A stretch of DNA of 64,000 nt. Source: Ylistrum balloti (taxonomy: Eukaryota). Positions 18,101 through 32,332 of this stretch are shown piece by piece; position 1 is the first letter of the stretch, and every line of letters begins with the position of its first letter. Position numbers and translations under genes: made by a program. The stretch covers positions 1,302,001 to 1,366,000 of the forward strand of contig NW_026782081.1 in assembly GCF_031769215.1 (NCBI RefSeq). Reading direction: 5' to 3'. A model generated the notes under the pieces. That model saw nothing but the letters and a program-made list of their open reading frames with translations, made no database searches and was not told where the DNA came from.

Positions 18101-21100
18101 TAAATTTGCAAGCGTTGAGCATGTACATGTTTGAGAAGAAAAGCATCGTCATGAATTCATATATGATTTTAATGTAAATGCACCGGATGCCAGCTACATT
18201 AAAACCATAGTGATTATCAAGCCGCAAAATATGTCGAACATCAAACAAAACTCAAGGGCAAGAGTGTGTCATCATATTTTTACCACAAAACATATCATCC
18301 ATCAGTTCTTTTACAAGACGAATGAAAGTTGTGATTTTTTAAGAAACTGATACAGATAGTAGTTTGTGTATACTTGTTTACAAGAGGTACCAAGTGCTAA
18401 TCGGGTTCACGTGAAAATGCTTCCATGAGATAATTTTACATACCAGAGAACGGTTGTGCAATTATACGTATACTTACAAAATTTCTACGATGCTAATTAC
18501 TGAAAAAAGTGACAATGCTAGTTGGAGGATTCTCCAGTCGTAGTTTTGAAGTAGAAATGCAACGAGAGTGAGAACCATGACAGAGCTTCCCCACATAAAA
18601 GCGTTCACAATACCGACGTTTTCACGGGAATCACGGTGTAGTAACTCCAGCCAAAACGTCACCACGGTTAACAGCATTCCCTGTAAGTCACAAAGGCTAT
18701 TTATACAACAACAAAAATATCAAATATCCAATTTATATACTTATGTAAAACAAAGTTCTTTACCACCACGAACATACATATATAGCATACCGAACGAACA
18801 ATGCATTCTCTTTCACACCGTTCAAACCTAAAGGTACAACATTGTATTTCAGGAGATTTAAATGTTCAGTTAACCAGAATATGATCTCTGTATCACAATA
18901 ATATCAACAAGTTGTAGATACCACAACAGACACGTGTACTTTAAACAGCACCATGAATAAACGGTTATCAATGCATAAATTGTATAATATTTACATCAAC
19001 AGATGAGGACAAATCAAACACCGTATGCGACACCATTCTCTGGATCAAAAACTTGAACTAAACAATATAAATAATAAATATCTTTTAAAATTATTTTGTC
19101 TATATGCACACATTTTATGGATGAAGACCAATATAATGGCGTCCAAACGCTTCCAGGGTATGCATACAAGGTAAGTGGATCGATTTTAGCGACAAAATTG
19201 CGTAGAAAAGGTGAAAAGTAAGGACAAAACCTAAATCTTGGTACTCGGATAAATCTTAAGTATTATGTTTGTTACGTGGGAGACTGGAAGGGATCAGGAA
19301 CTGTCAAGTATGCAAGTAATTTTGGTTGCACGAAGCACGCTACTCACCACTATCTGAGGTTTGAATCTATAAGACAGAAAGACTAATGAATTTAAGGTTT
19401 GATGCTGTTTCGAACTAACTTTCGAAAAATGACTTTTGAAATTACCGATTTATTTTCACTAACCTTTGGTCACTACATAGTCTTAACTATAGGGTTTTCC
19501 GTTTAATTTTCAATCCGTTTTATTAGCCAACCATTTTTAGCAAACCTCAAAACATCCTATTGCATAGTTGTTCGATAGATACTATGTGCCTATATGCAAG
19601 GGGTTTTGGTGCGTTGTGCGTTACAACAATAGTTGTTTTCACAAGTCACCGGGAGAAGGTTAACCTGGTAGACGAAATCCATACAAAGCTTTTGTATCAC
19701 AGAGATAGGAAGGAAGCGCAACATAGTTTGAACATGATGGACACCTAACTGTTATAGCAATCCCTGACCTTGAAGAATGTGTTTCTAGGAGATACGTTTG
19801 CTGTCATGCTAGATTTTGTTTCAGCTGATATATCCCATACTGAGTTTCTATTGGAAAATTTGATTCATAGAACATTTTGACACCAGACGGTTCTAATTTA
19901 AACAAAATATGTCAGAGAAGACGGGTCAGCACTTATCTGTTGTGTCAACGGTAAGGGGTAAATGGAGAAAGAAACGTATTCTAAGCAAGCATTACGAGTA
20001 AAGTCATCTATAAAAGATATTTTTCTGTACGGTATAACTTTATCCAGCGAGATTTCCGACACGTTTCTCAAAACCTATTGGATGGTATTTCATATAGGTT
20101 TACATGAGTGTTTGTATATGAGAGGCAGTCTACGTGCGCTTTGTCGTTTTTCGATCGGTCACGTGATCGGTCGACCGCTTTCTGATAAGTCAAAAGTTGG
20201 CCACAATTTAAGTATCCTCTGATTGTCATAAACATTCACATGTACATATGTAGGTGTGTGGTTTTACACAAGAAACATATAATGTCTATTGTTTTCTGAT
20301 TGGACAAGACATAGCGACATCTGGTTGATTAGGATTTAGATATCATTCGATTTCAATGTAAATGTGTGGTTTTATTCCCTAATAGAAACACAACAGTCAC
20401 ATTCGTTTGCCAAATGGACAAGATGGCTACCGCAGAGCGGCTCCTGAATTGTTCATATTTAGTCCAGTTTAAAAAATGGTATATAGGTTATGTCTGACAT
20501 CACTTATACAATCATGTGGCCTATTTTCTTCTTTAACAAGATGACTTTCACAGACAACTTCAAATTTATTGAAATTACATATTGCATATATGCAAATCGG
20601 TTCATAGGTAATGTCCAACAAAGCTATGATGATGTTCCTTCTTTTATTGGACAAAGACGACTTTTCAGGTGAAATATCAATATTCCTCGATATTTATCAC
20701 ATCTTTATAATCGATTTAATCCTACGCACACCAACGACAACTTCGAGGGTGTTTGGAGGACATATGTAACGGTTCTCGTTACAATCAATACTTGTTCTTT
20801 TTCAGAAATACGTTTTCACTGTCGCCAGATAACGTCAAATTAAGAATAAATGTCGGTTTGAAAGATTAATAGAAATAATTTGTTTCATAGCATAATATGT
20901 ACATCATCATTAAATTAAATATATATATATATATATGTCAAAGAAAGCTGATCGTTGAACATCGTCCTACATGACAACACAAAATCTTAATTTAAACTGA
21001 AATTTGATGGAACTAGGCAAAATAGGGAATCTTAACAACCAAAGTATGTAATGCCAAAATGAGATCAAGGGTAAAGGCAACAGAACCACTAGGAATAATA

Positions 21101-22331
21101 ACAAACGTCAAACACGTCCATTACTGTATCGCACTAAAATTTGTATTAAAAGGCAAATGATTTAGACAGTACTTGTTTTCCTCCATCCAATTGATTAAAT
21201 GGTTATGTTTTTACTCTTACTTGTTGAAACGTTCCAATGAAGAAGCGAAGTACCAGGAAGACGGTTTCATCCTTTACAAATGCCATGGTGAATGTTACTG
21301 TGAGTAAGCCTATATTGAATGCCACATGAACTAGTTTCCTCCCGTATTTATCGGCCAACGGAGCAGCCAAGGCACCTAGAAACATTCCACCAAGAACTAG
21401 AGACTGCGATAATCGTCCAACTGCATCCCTCTCACAAACAAGATCCCACTATCAAACAAAATCAAAATAGAATTAGATATCCATGATTTAAAGAAGGAAT
21501 TAAAATACAAAACAAAAAAACTGAATCAACACAAAAAACCAATTTTATTGTAAATTGAAATATTACCTCAGTAACAAATGTGTAAGTTTTTGGTGTTGAG
21601 TAATTGTGGCCATACAAACAGGCAGTTTCCTCGGTAGTGACTTGTCCGTCTACATTCTGTCGCAGCCAGGAGATGCTGCACGTGCCAGCCGTTGTGTTGA
21701 TAGAATTATTTACACTGCTGATACCACCAGCTGGTTTCTCCTGCAGATCCAGTGAACATTGGTGTTCTGGTGTATAGCCTAACATGACAATATCATTTTC
21801 TCAATCAACTTTTCAAAATCTCAAATTACTTTTAGAAAAAAGTGTTGTTATACAATAATAACACTTTGCTTCGACTGATATACTGATTTATGAAGAGAAA
21901 CAAGACCGAACACGGTCGGAGGAGTTGTCACAGAAAGCTCGCACGAGTGGGCCAAATGAAAATGCCAAAAGTGCAACTCGATATTAAATGGAATAGCACG
22001 TGATCGAGTAGAACAATTAACATCTGTTACAAAACTGAAAATATAATGCAAAGCAGCATGTGAATATCTTTATTTTATGTTATGTACTGATTCAGAAGTG
22101 AATCATTATGTGTTAAAAGTATATAAGCTGCTTAGCTGCTTGTTCGTGGTCATTTGTTTGAAACTATTTACGTATCCATTTACTATAGTATTTACCAATG
22201 AAGATCACGGAAACTATATGAAAAGCCATCGGAAGGGCTGCCAAAATCGTCAATACCATTTGCTTGCATTGGTACACGCCAAAAGTGTATACTCTGGCCC
22301 ATTCATCCTCGAAGACGACCGAATTTGACAT
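15196..22331 (-). CDS. SLC22-family organic cation/carnitine transporter-like MFS protein, 10 exons, 546 aa
   Basis: Exons 22331-22196, 21778-21567, 21448-21221, 18680-18478, 18037-17756, 17157-17023, 16418-16333, 15978-15864, 15624-15552 and 15366-15196 total 1641 nt in one frame. Motifs: FVTEWDLVC, ADKYGRK, DESLRWL, NNFTYYG, YTPELFPTNLRNAGLG and LPETKGRELP. I cannot name the subfamily member. Confidence 0.93.
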
Positions 22332-22635
22332 AGTTAGCTGTTTAAAACAAAAGTGTCGTAACTTAATTTGATCATTCAAGATGTCAAGGTCGTGAAAAAA
22401 AATCGGATAGCAACATTTCGTATCTATTTTTGGTCGTTCTACTTCCTGACAACCTAATGTTCAACGCCGATTTCTTAACAAGACAATGGTACTTAGTGAT
22501 ACATTTTTAATGAAATTCGAAACTGTTTTCACGTGAAAGTGCATAACAGCAATTCTTCAATATTTTATTACATTCTTTGTAATTGATATTATCAAAGTGT
22601 AGCAAGTCATAATAGTACAGTCATACCAGGTTCGG

Positions 22636-23137
22636 GTCTACAGATGGTCTGAGCTCTTCAGCTGGTCTAAGGTCTTCAGCTTTTCTATGGTCTTCAGTTG
22701 GTCTATAGTATACAGCTGGTCTATAATCTACAGATGGTCTAAGGTCTTCAGTTGGTCTATAATCTACAGATGGTCTAAGGTCTTCAGTTGGTCTATGGTC
22801 TATAGCTGGTCTATGGTCTTCAGTTGGTCTGTGGTCTACAGCTGGTCTAAGGTCTTCAGTCGGTCTATAGTCTTCAGTCGGTCTATGGTCTACAGTTGTT
22901 CTAAGGTCTCCAGCAGGTCTATGGTCTACAGTTGGTCTATTGTCTACAGTTGGTCTAAGGTCTTCAGCAGGTCTATGGTCTTCAGATGGTCTATGGTCTA
23001 CAGCTGGTCTAAGGTCTTCAGTCGGTCTATAGTCTTCAGTCGGTCTATGGTCTACAGTTGTTCTTAGGTCTCCAGCAGGTCTATGCTCTCCAGTTGGTCT
23101 ATGGTATCAGTTGGTCTATGGTCTACAGCTGGTCTAT
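22636..23137. repeat. Degenerate 9/18-bp minisatellite upstream of the SLC22 start
   Basis: Units such as TGGTCTATGGTCTACAGC and TGGTCTAAGGTCTTCAGT repeat over ~500 bp. The 126-aa ORF at 22687 is its 6-aa periodic translation. Confidence 0.97.
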
Positions 23138-23329
23138 GGAATATGAAAAACGTAGCCTTAGATTTTAAGAGAACGACCGTTTAAAATAACTAAGAACTGT
23201 ACCCTTATAAACTATGCAATCATGAAACTAATAAACAACCTAGTAAATGGCGTCATATCAATATAACCTCAAATACGATGAAACTAGATCAAACTGGAGT
23301 AAGATTAGACCAAATCGTTCGGAAATATA

Positions 23330-23400
23330 CATGTCTTCTGCTTCATCGACGAAACCTTGGTCAGTCCAATTACGCATTGACAAGTTTTCAAATGAGAACA
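23330..23400 (-). repeat. Dispersed repeat family R1, inverted copy
   Basis: Reverse complement of GACCAAGGTTT...CGTCGATGAAGCAGAAGAC, which is seen on + at 45815, 48490 and 55230. Confidence 0.8.
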
Positions 23401-25339
23401 AATTAAGATTATTCTAACATGTATCATTAAGACATTACTGTTAGTAGACGGCTAGTCTAGGTTAAAATTGACCCTTGTTAGTCTCGTATTGGGGTTTCGA
23501 ATAGCAGCATTCCCGTTAATTTGGAAGCGACTTCGGAAAACCTGAAGTGATTGTGCTAAATATTTCTCATGGTGGGTAATCAGGAACAGTTTTTTACCAA
23601 TAATTTGCAGAGCCGATTTTCGATTTTCTCCTAATTTCTCTACCGAACAAGATAAAATAAAAAGGTTTCGACGTACATGTATTCGGTACACTGTTATTTG
23701 TGCTATTTTGTGGCTTCAGTGTGGCAATACGACTCTTTCAGAAACACAGTTAACCAATACAGCGTGGGAAGAAAATAGACGACCTAAATTGGAGTTGAAG
23801 TTACAGATTTTCCGGAAGTTAACCTTGTACAATATCCACGTGAGATCACATCTTCTGATTCAACAAGACGTACTCAGATCAGTTGTTGTTTAGTTGTCAC
23901 ACAGTCATTAACATTTGGATTGTTACGTATATACTTAATTATTCTTTAACTTTGAAATTGTCGTCATTTTCTTTGTCTGCATCGGTCACAGCGGAATATG
24001 TAACACTATCGGTTTGTAGATTTACAAGTATGATTTTATCAGTTTGTTGTTAATATTTGAGTTCCCGCTGTTGTTTTATTAAACATGTTCAACAGTGTAA
24101 TGATCCCATCAGAAAAATCTGTGGCAAGTTTCAATATCACCGACTCTATGGATTTTTTTCTTACCAATTTCGATAAATAATTGTCACTTGTATATTACAA
24201 ATTTTATTTTGACATTTTCGTGTATACATTTGTAAAAGTCAATATATAGGTAATATGTAGCCAAATGTTTATAAAACGCACGCGCCTTTCACCTAAATTT
24301 AGAATATCAAGGTTCAATGAACAATCGAGCTTGAAAAGGTATCGGGTCACCTATTCAATAACGTCTTTTCATTTCAATGTTATAATTTTGATAATTACTG
24401 ACATTTTAGGAATGAGTTTAAATTGCATTTCATTACAGTAATAGAGCATGCAATAGTGCAAAGAACGTAGACAACGTATGATATGGAATAAAGTACAAAC
24501 GTACTGTCATATAATCCCTTTCATTAAATACAAAAATGTTGTGACCTTTACAGTAACAACTGGTCAGGAATATTAAGATATTGATCGATCTGGTACATTT
24601 ACAGCTCACCAGTTGTTGTATCGCTGTGGTGTCAATGAAATAATTCCATTTTAAAATCTGGATATATTATATTGCTACTCTGAATCTGCGTCTAATTCTT
24701 TATTTATTATTTTTTTAGGTCTTTTCACCAGTTCCTATTTTTTTTGTCCAACAAACGCCGCCATTTATTCCACCTTGCGCCAATTGAAGCTGGGTCAGAA
24801 TGACAGTCAAATTGGGGAATCCCACCGATATCTGTTGAAACTGGAGTCGCCATTCTCACCAATTAAATGTGTAGGTTCTTTTTACCGCCATCCTCGTCGC
24901 CAATTGTTGAGTTTTCTCACCGGATTACTCAGATTATAACAACGAATTGAATCATCATGGCTGACATTTTTATTCCCGTCTCGCTCTCTCTACCGTGCGC
25001 ATGCTCAGGGAGCATACCATACAACAAGTTGGCGGGAGGAGCAGTTATGAATTATTATGAAGACACTACAAAACAGCCGTATTTTTTCTCCTCCCATGGA
25101 TCGACCTGAGGCCACCGTTACCGTGGTGTGTCTGGCCTTCTGTTCTGGTCGTTTTGAGAAGGTTAGGAACCAAGCTAGTTATAACAAATGCTGACGACTT
25201 GTCTTATAGTACGGATGGGAAGTCGCCCTCTGGTTAAGGCTGAGTCGGGGTTTTCTCTAACAGGGGAGTTTGGCAGTGTCGCGTGAGAGAACGGACGGGT
25301 TTTCTTTTCCCTTTTTCACTGCCATATTTTGTAGACGGT

Positions 25340-26110
25340 TTGACCATTGTAATATATAGAGGATCTTGCATGAGTGTCAATGTATTATGGAAACGAGTTC
25401 AATAATTTGATGTGTCACGAGCTGATAAGATTCTATTTATCACATAACCAATTAAAATGGAAAAATCGCCAGAAAACTACGATTTACTTCCACTATGCAA
25501 TCAGCTGAAATTCACTTGATATTGGTAACATGACGTCACTCGCCTCGTAATCACGGGTCATCAGGTTCGGCCTAACTGCTACAGTTACTGCTAGTCACTG
25601 TCACTTTCAATGATAGCTTTTCATTTATTTCTGGTAACTCAAAAAAATTTATACAAAAGTTTCATGTCATACAAAGTTTTGCTCAACGTATTCTTGTTTG
25701 ATTGATCCTGTATAAACTTCCTACCTCATCTTCTCTGATTGAAACGAAACCACTTGGTTCAGGGGCAACAGGACCGCCATCCGGAGCGGTCGTCTGCTGT
25801 TGGGAGGGATCTACCACCTTTTCAATACGATCGCGCTCAAGCTCAATCTGAAAGTCAATCCCACACAATTCTACATTATAAAATACAGCAACCCCCATAG
25901 GATTATCTCCTTCACCACACCAGTCCCCTTCTTATCAATAAAAATTTTGTCGCCAATGTTGATCTGGTCAGCCATATCTTACTACAGTTTGTTGCCGTAG
26001 TAAATAAAAGTAGTACGCGCGCGAGCGTATGAATACGTTCACACGGTTTTGACCAATCAGCAGACCCCAAACCTTTATTACACATGTGTATTACCATTAT
26101 TATGACATGG
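25340..26110 (-). mobile_element. Possible Crypton-like DNA element relic with a frameshifted N-terminal ORF
   Basis: Minus strand MADQINIGDKIFIDKKGTGVVKEII continues after a frameshift as MGVAVFYNVE...SGFVSIREDEVGSL, loosely like N-termini upstream of DUF3504 tyrosine-recombinase domains. A CCAAT motif is at ~26055. No recombinase domain is visible. Confidence 0.3.
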
Positions 26111-28054
26111 GCGTATGACATGGGAAAACGGGTCGGTTATGTGATAAAATTACATTTGTATTTTCATCGTATACCCAAATATACATTCAGTAAGGACGCT
26201 AGCGGGGAGCACCAAGGGAGTTTATATATGACAAACTCAAGCAATAAGGGAGCTCAAGGGTCAGCACACATGCAGTCCTGTGTATGCTGTGTGGCTAGTG
26301 TGTGAATCTGGGTATAGGTAGAATAGTGTAGACGTAAGGAGTACGTGACAATTATTGGTGTACTGTCGGTGTCTATATTCTCGTGGTAGTAAGGGTGTAA
26401 GCTATCTCGGTCTAGTAAACGCGTGGGCAGAAGTAGTTTAGCTGTATACGGTAACGGAACACTAATTAGGCTGTCTGTCACGTTTTCAACAAGTAGGCGC
26501 ACTGCAGGTTTTGTTGAATTATTATTTTCTGTTCCCCTATATATCTAAATTAGCTCTTTATTTTCTTTAAGTGTTACTCTTTTCCTGTATATATTTCTCA
26601 GTACAGGTTGTACGTGATCACGGGAAGTGATTGTTCAGACATAGGCAATGTCCCTGAGCTAGAAAAGGCTATATATTTCATTTTGTATATATTTGCTCTA
26701 CTAGATTATTGTTAAATTCCTCCAATCGGGGTGGGTATACCCATTTGGAATCGCCAGTGACGACTGGGTCGAACCATAGGCGACACGTCACAGAAGTACA
26801 TGACGTGCCTAAAGTCAGCTTCCATGCAAAATACATATAACAATTATATGGACTGGTTGATTACTTTATTACGGACTTGGCTAATAAGTGATCCTGAAGT
26901 GTAGAATATAGAACAACAACACTTTTAAGTGTATACAACTTTATTTCTTATAAGGGTAAATGTTTTTTTCTTTTTTTTAAGAAGGGGGATGCCATATATG
27001 TAATCATATGAGAGCCTCGTTTTGGGATTAAAAGTTGTTAGACTTTAGCCATCTTGTTTGTTTATGTTATGAATACGTGACAAATGGGAACAAACTGATT
27101 TTGATTTAATATTTGAGAAAACATTCTTACGTCAAACCTGAAGTCATTTCGGCTTTATCTATTGTTCTCATTGTTACGTGACAATACAAATATGTGTAAC
27201 CTCGGTTTGGTATCAAACTGACGTCACAATAAGCTAATTTACAAATACACGTACAAGTGAATGTATGCACATGTACGTAAAAAGCAAAAATCATTACATG
27301 GGTATATTAATTGAATATCAAGGCAATCATTTGATAAATATACATATAATGAACATCTACAGGGTTATGTTAATACGTAGTGAAGATACAGTTCGAATGA
27401 AATAATTACCTTTCGATTACAAAAATGTATATTATGATTCCGTGTATCACAGCATCAACTGGTTACAGGAGAACTTACAAAATTGATTAATGAGCACACA
27501 ATATTGTCTATTCTTCTCCTAGATTAAACGATAAAGCAACTGCATGTATTATTTGGCAAAGATGTACCTAAATTTGGATGGAAAGATGTATAGTATTAAC
27601 TTGTTTGTCTTCTGTAAAATCTTCGTGGGGGCGATACCATGTTTTGTTTTTAGCTGAAGAAATCGAATTGAAATGAAATTATCCAAATAAGAGTATGCTA
27701 TTTTACAGAAAATGAAGAAAAATTCAAATCAATAGAGGACAACAACACGACGAGACAGTGGTATCTCAAATGTTATGATCGATAATTCGTATAAAGCTTA
27801 TTATCCTTTTTCCAATACGTGCCCAGGTACCATTTCTTTAATATGAATTTAAATTACAGACAGACACTGTATAACAAGTTCATACCTGTTCATATAACGA
27901 AGATAACAAAACTACCGCGCAAAAAACAAGAAAATACCATTATGTCAACATAATCATAATCCAAACTCAAATTTAAAAAAATATAGAGTAAAATATTAAC
28001 AAAGGCAAGATTTATAGGTAAACTCCTGATAAAGTACAAGGATAATAAGATCAG

Positions 28055-28420
28055 GTATTCCGGAAGAGCAAGTGTTTACTGATTCATCAACGACACCCGC
28101 CATGTAAACCTTGGCCAGTCCAATAAGAAATGTCACAAGCTCAGATGAGAGCAATGTACATATACACAATAACGGAAGCAAAAATCAACCTAACGCGGAT
28201 CAGACACGCCAGCTTCATACCACGCAAAGAAATAGCATATTCCTCAACTCGATCACTATGACAAACCTAAAACTTTACCATAATTTTCGACAACCAGCAT
28301 CTTTTGAAACCATGTGTTACGAGTTTGTCCGTCAGTTGACAACTTCTTGCACATTAAATTGTTATGATAGGAACAGGCTCTTGAATATCGAATTAACTGT
28401 GACATGTATGATCCATGGAT
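28055..28420 (-). mobile_element. Penelope-like RT C-terminal fragment followed by repeat R1
   Basis: Minus strand reads SQLIRYSRACSYHNN...KLVTHGFKR (28420-28200). An R1 copy follows (28140-28055) in the same order as at 54920-55320. Confidence 0.7.
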
Positions 28421-29614
28421 TTCACAATTGTGTCCTTACCTAGTTTGCTGAATTTGATGTCGTTTCTTCAGACCATAAAATGTACTTCCGTTATCACCTT
28501 TTGCCTTAGTCTTCATTTGATATCACTCACCGGCCACGGTGCAGGTTTATATAAACTGTGCAAGCAAAACCATTACGAGACAATATATTCACACGTGTAC
28601 TTTCTAGCATCCTGCTCATTAAACAACGTGATGTGCATTTTGATTATGTTGTAGATATAAATCTAGCACTATAGTCTCGTATTCATCTCTGATAAATAAG
28701 AGTACAATATAATTTCTCTATAATGATAAGGTTAACAAATCTTACTAGGAGAATTGTAACTGTCATGGTCAAGACTTGACTATCATTTCAAGCATTTTTA
28801 CTGTCATCAAGGGTTGAGCAGGTTAAAATATCAATCGACTGAATAAGATATCAAAACATGATTCTTTTATCCTTTGTCATCACTCTGAAAATACAATGTC
28901 TTCTAAAATTAGCAATTTCGTATGAGTACAATTTGATTTTTTTATTAATAAATTTATTTAATACAAACATATATAATTTCTTTAATGATTGCAACGTATG
29001 TATTATAATGATGCGATTTAAATTCGACTACACTATACCAACACGACAATGTTAATAAATTATACTAGATATTTCATACCAAGCCAAGAATTACACAAGT
29101 ATGTAATGATAGAGATTATTAAAGTATAATAATTATACCAGTAATAGATTTCTCTATAAAGAATACCATATCATGCGGTGAAATGTTTTCATGGTATGAT
29201 GATCATTCAGTCAAGATAATGTACGTGGCTGACCTTTCGGATAATGACTCTATTACAATTGTTTAACTAGGGGGTAAATGTCGCATCAGGATACTCGTGT
29301 GTATCATTCGACCCACATATCTGGTGAAAGTGACAGGAACCCACTCAGCTCACGAGGTAATACACTTCACACGGATATTTACAGTTGTTGCGATAATTTT
29401 ACTATAACCATTTATTTGAAAACAAAATTAAAACTAACTTTTCTCAACGTTAGATAAGGTTTCGGTTTACTCAAGTCAGTCATAGTTGTTTTTCTGTAGT
29501 GGACGTTATCATTCTGCGAGCAAATTATTGAACCTTAATGTAAATTGTCAAATTCTTTTTTTGTTATAATGTCATTTAAACCTACATTATTTCTATATGC
29601 AGATATATATCGCA

Positions 29615-31275
29615 ATGGTTTTCCAACCATTTTTACGTCCTGTGAATCAATCCAGATTCCGCATGAATGACTTGTGCGGACGATTCAACAGTATATGGAC
29701 TGTGGGGATCCTCCTCCTGTTCTCGACGCTTACATTCTACATTCACACTGCCTACGACCCTGTCACCTGCTGGACCCCCGCTGAGTTTACGTCACAAATG
29801 GTCAGGTATACCAATAAGATGTGCTGGGAAAGTCCAACGTATTACGTGGTGAAAGACAACACTGCACCACCGGATAGATTTAAGCCTTCAGTGATGAAGA
29901 AACCACCATACCGCTGGATTCCACTCATTCTACTCGTGCAGGCAATGCTGTTTAAACTTCCTGATATCGTCTTATCCGTCGGTCAAGGTTTGGTGGGTTT
30001 TAGATCTTCGAGGATTTTTGGACTAACTGACGGGTACGAGACACTGAATATGGCCGATCGAGACCGAATGGGGAGACAAGTTGGACAGTACGTGAAAAGC
30101 TGGATAAACTCCACTGTTTTGAAGGGCTGTCCGTGGGGATGGCTTACCCTATTGTTTCTGTTCACAAAACTTCTATACTTTATAAATGTCGTCACACAGT
30201 TGTCCATCATGAACGCTGTCCTCAAATCAGAAAACCAGTCTTCCTTTGGACTGCAATTGGCTGACGATATTTTCAGCAACCAAACGTTGCATTGGCGTAC
30301 CAGCAGTCTAAAACTTCAGAAAGGATTTCTGTGCGATTTTTCCATCCGGAAGTTGAGCATGGTGCACAGTTTCACTACACAATGCTTTTACAGTAACATC
30401 ACATACTACGAGATGGTGTTTGGGATCATGTGGTTGGTGTTCGTTTTAGTGTCTATAACGACGACGTTCAGTGGCTTGAACCAACTACTTCTCGTTTTAG
30501 TACCCCTCTTCCGCAGAAGGTATTAGTTTCATTTCTCATTTCTGTTTGCGTTACTTTATACAACAAGTAATCGACATTGTTATCATTTGATACCGTATCC
30601 AGCGGTAAGTGTTTATTTTATGAATAAGTTTCAAAACTTTTCACAAATTAAATATTAGAAATTAGATAGATGGAGGACATTGAGGAGTCAAATGGTAGTA
30701 ATGTGGAGATTCCAGTGATGAGATAAGCTTGCAATATCCAATTGCTGAACAATTTTATCATTTGCGCGTGAGATAATTATTTTATTACGTTCACTGTAAA
30801 TACAATGAAAGAAGTTCCAAAACATAGAAATTAACAAGTACTGTGTTCATGTAGATAAGAAATATGTTGATAATTACCGAAATTTCGAAATGGCATTCTG
30901 ATTCAGGATTGGTTGTAATTTATTTTATTTCTGTGGGTTTAAATATTCAGGTTTGTCAAGCGCTATCTGCATCTGTCCGAGGAGATGACATCCTCTCCCT
31001 CTGACAACGACATTGCCCGATTTGCAGGGTCAGAAATAACAGAGGACGGCGTTATGATACTGAAAGCAATCGGAGAGGCTTCCTCAGAGCACCTGGTCAG
31101 GGATGCTGTTATTTATCTGTGGAATATTGCGCACATCCAACAACCTCAAGGGGCTAGAGGCCAGTATGTTCCTCCTCCAAGCGGTCATCAAGGATACACA
31201 CCAGAATCTCACCAGCTACAGGAGTTCCCTGACTGTTCTACACGTGTTGGTGCTTACCGTCCTGTAAAGGACTGA
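29615..31275 (+). CDS. Divergent innexin (innexin/pannexin family), 2 coding exons, 409 aa
   Basis: Exons 29615-30519 and 30951-31275 join in phase 2 (RR|RFVKRYL). Four hydrophobic segments; loop-1 Cys in CWTPAEF and MCWES; loop-2 Cys in LCDF and TQCF; TM2 YRWIPLILLVQAMLFKLP; C-terminal EDGVMILKAI...VIYLW. Confidence 0.9.
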
Positions 31276-31708
31276 GACAACTAGATTTGAATTATCATAA
31301 TCACTATATCTCCTGTAGATTGGTAATTTAAGCCGATCAAACATACTACATAGACTTCTACCTTTATAACGTGGTATACTGTAACCTCAGAACTATGAAA
31401 TTTCAGACAAAAAGCAATAAAAATCATAGCCTTATTAGTATGATTGATTTATTTGTATAATAAAACGAATGAAAATTCAACAAAGGTTCAGTTCTAATAT
31501 AGCGAGACAATACAGAAATGTTGACGAAATCAATCTAAAACTTAATGAGGCCAAAATGAACAAACGACATATTTGCTCAGAAACCTTTAAAACGTTTTGT
31601 TGTATTGAAAACTCAATAATAGTGTATAATGCAGATGTAGATCAGCCAGTCGTCTCCTTCATTACCAGTTATTATCTGTATATACGAAAGATATGTTCAA
31701 TAAAGGAG

Positions 31709-31914
31709 GAACGTGTGTTTAATTGTAAAACACAGATTGACGATATGATAATCTGCGCGTATATGCATTGATATTAAATCTTGTAATGTTTAATTGTTTG
31801 TCAACATCTTGGAACGTGTGTTTAATTGTAAAACACAGATTGACGATATGATAATCTGCGCGCATATGCATTGATATTAAATCTTGTAATGTTTAATTGT
31901 TTGTAAACATCTTG
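31709..31914. repeat. 103-bp direct tandem duplication
   Basis: A GAACGTGTGTTTAATTGTAAAACACAG... unit at 31709 and 31812, nearly identical. Confidence 0.95.
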
Positions 31915-32083
31915 GATAACTTCTATCACATCTATAATATCACTGATCCGAACTACTGTCTGATGTTGAATAGGATTAATAACAGGTTTTGGCCGCTGCT
32001 TGATCCGGTTCTTTCCAGATATCAAATGGAAGTATTGTCGGCTAAATCTGAGAAAACTAATAAGGGGAGATGTTTTCAACACT

Positions 32084-32256
32084 CAGACGAATCCTGTTAT
32101 CTCGAACTCGCAGGGATCATGAGGGAAACTTCGAGAGAACCAAGTATTTTATTTAAGCGAGTTGGAATGTTTGTGCAAAGTTAGAAGAACCGATGCAATC
32201 CTTCGAATTAAACGGGATCTTCGAGTTTAAAGAGTTCGAAATAAGAAGGTTCGACT
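32084..32256. mobile_element. MITE with ~25-bp imperfect TIRs (Tc1/pogo-like)
   Basis: Left end CAGACGAATCCTGTTATCTCGAACTC; reverse complement of the right end AGTCGAACCTTCTTATTTCGAACTC. Non-coding interior; target duplication degraded. Confidence 0.65.
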
Positions 32257-32332
32257 TCTAAACTAGATACGATAGGCAGATATGTTTGTAAGCATTGTAG
32301 TTACAGAAAAATAAAATATGCATGAGAAACGG

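Noticed and set aside
22687-23067. 126-aa Ser/Trp-rich ORF
   Set aside because: 6-aa periodicity from the 18-bp minisatellite.
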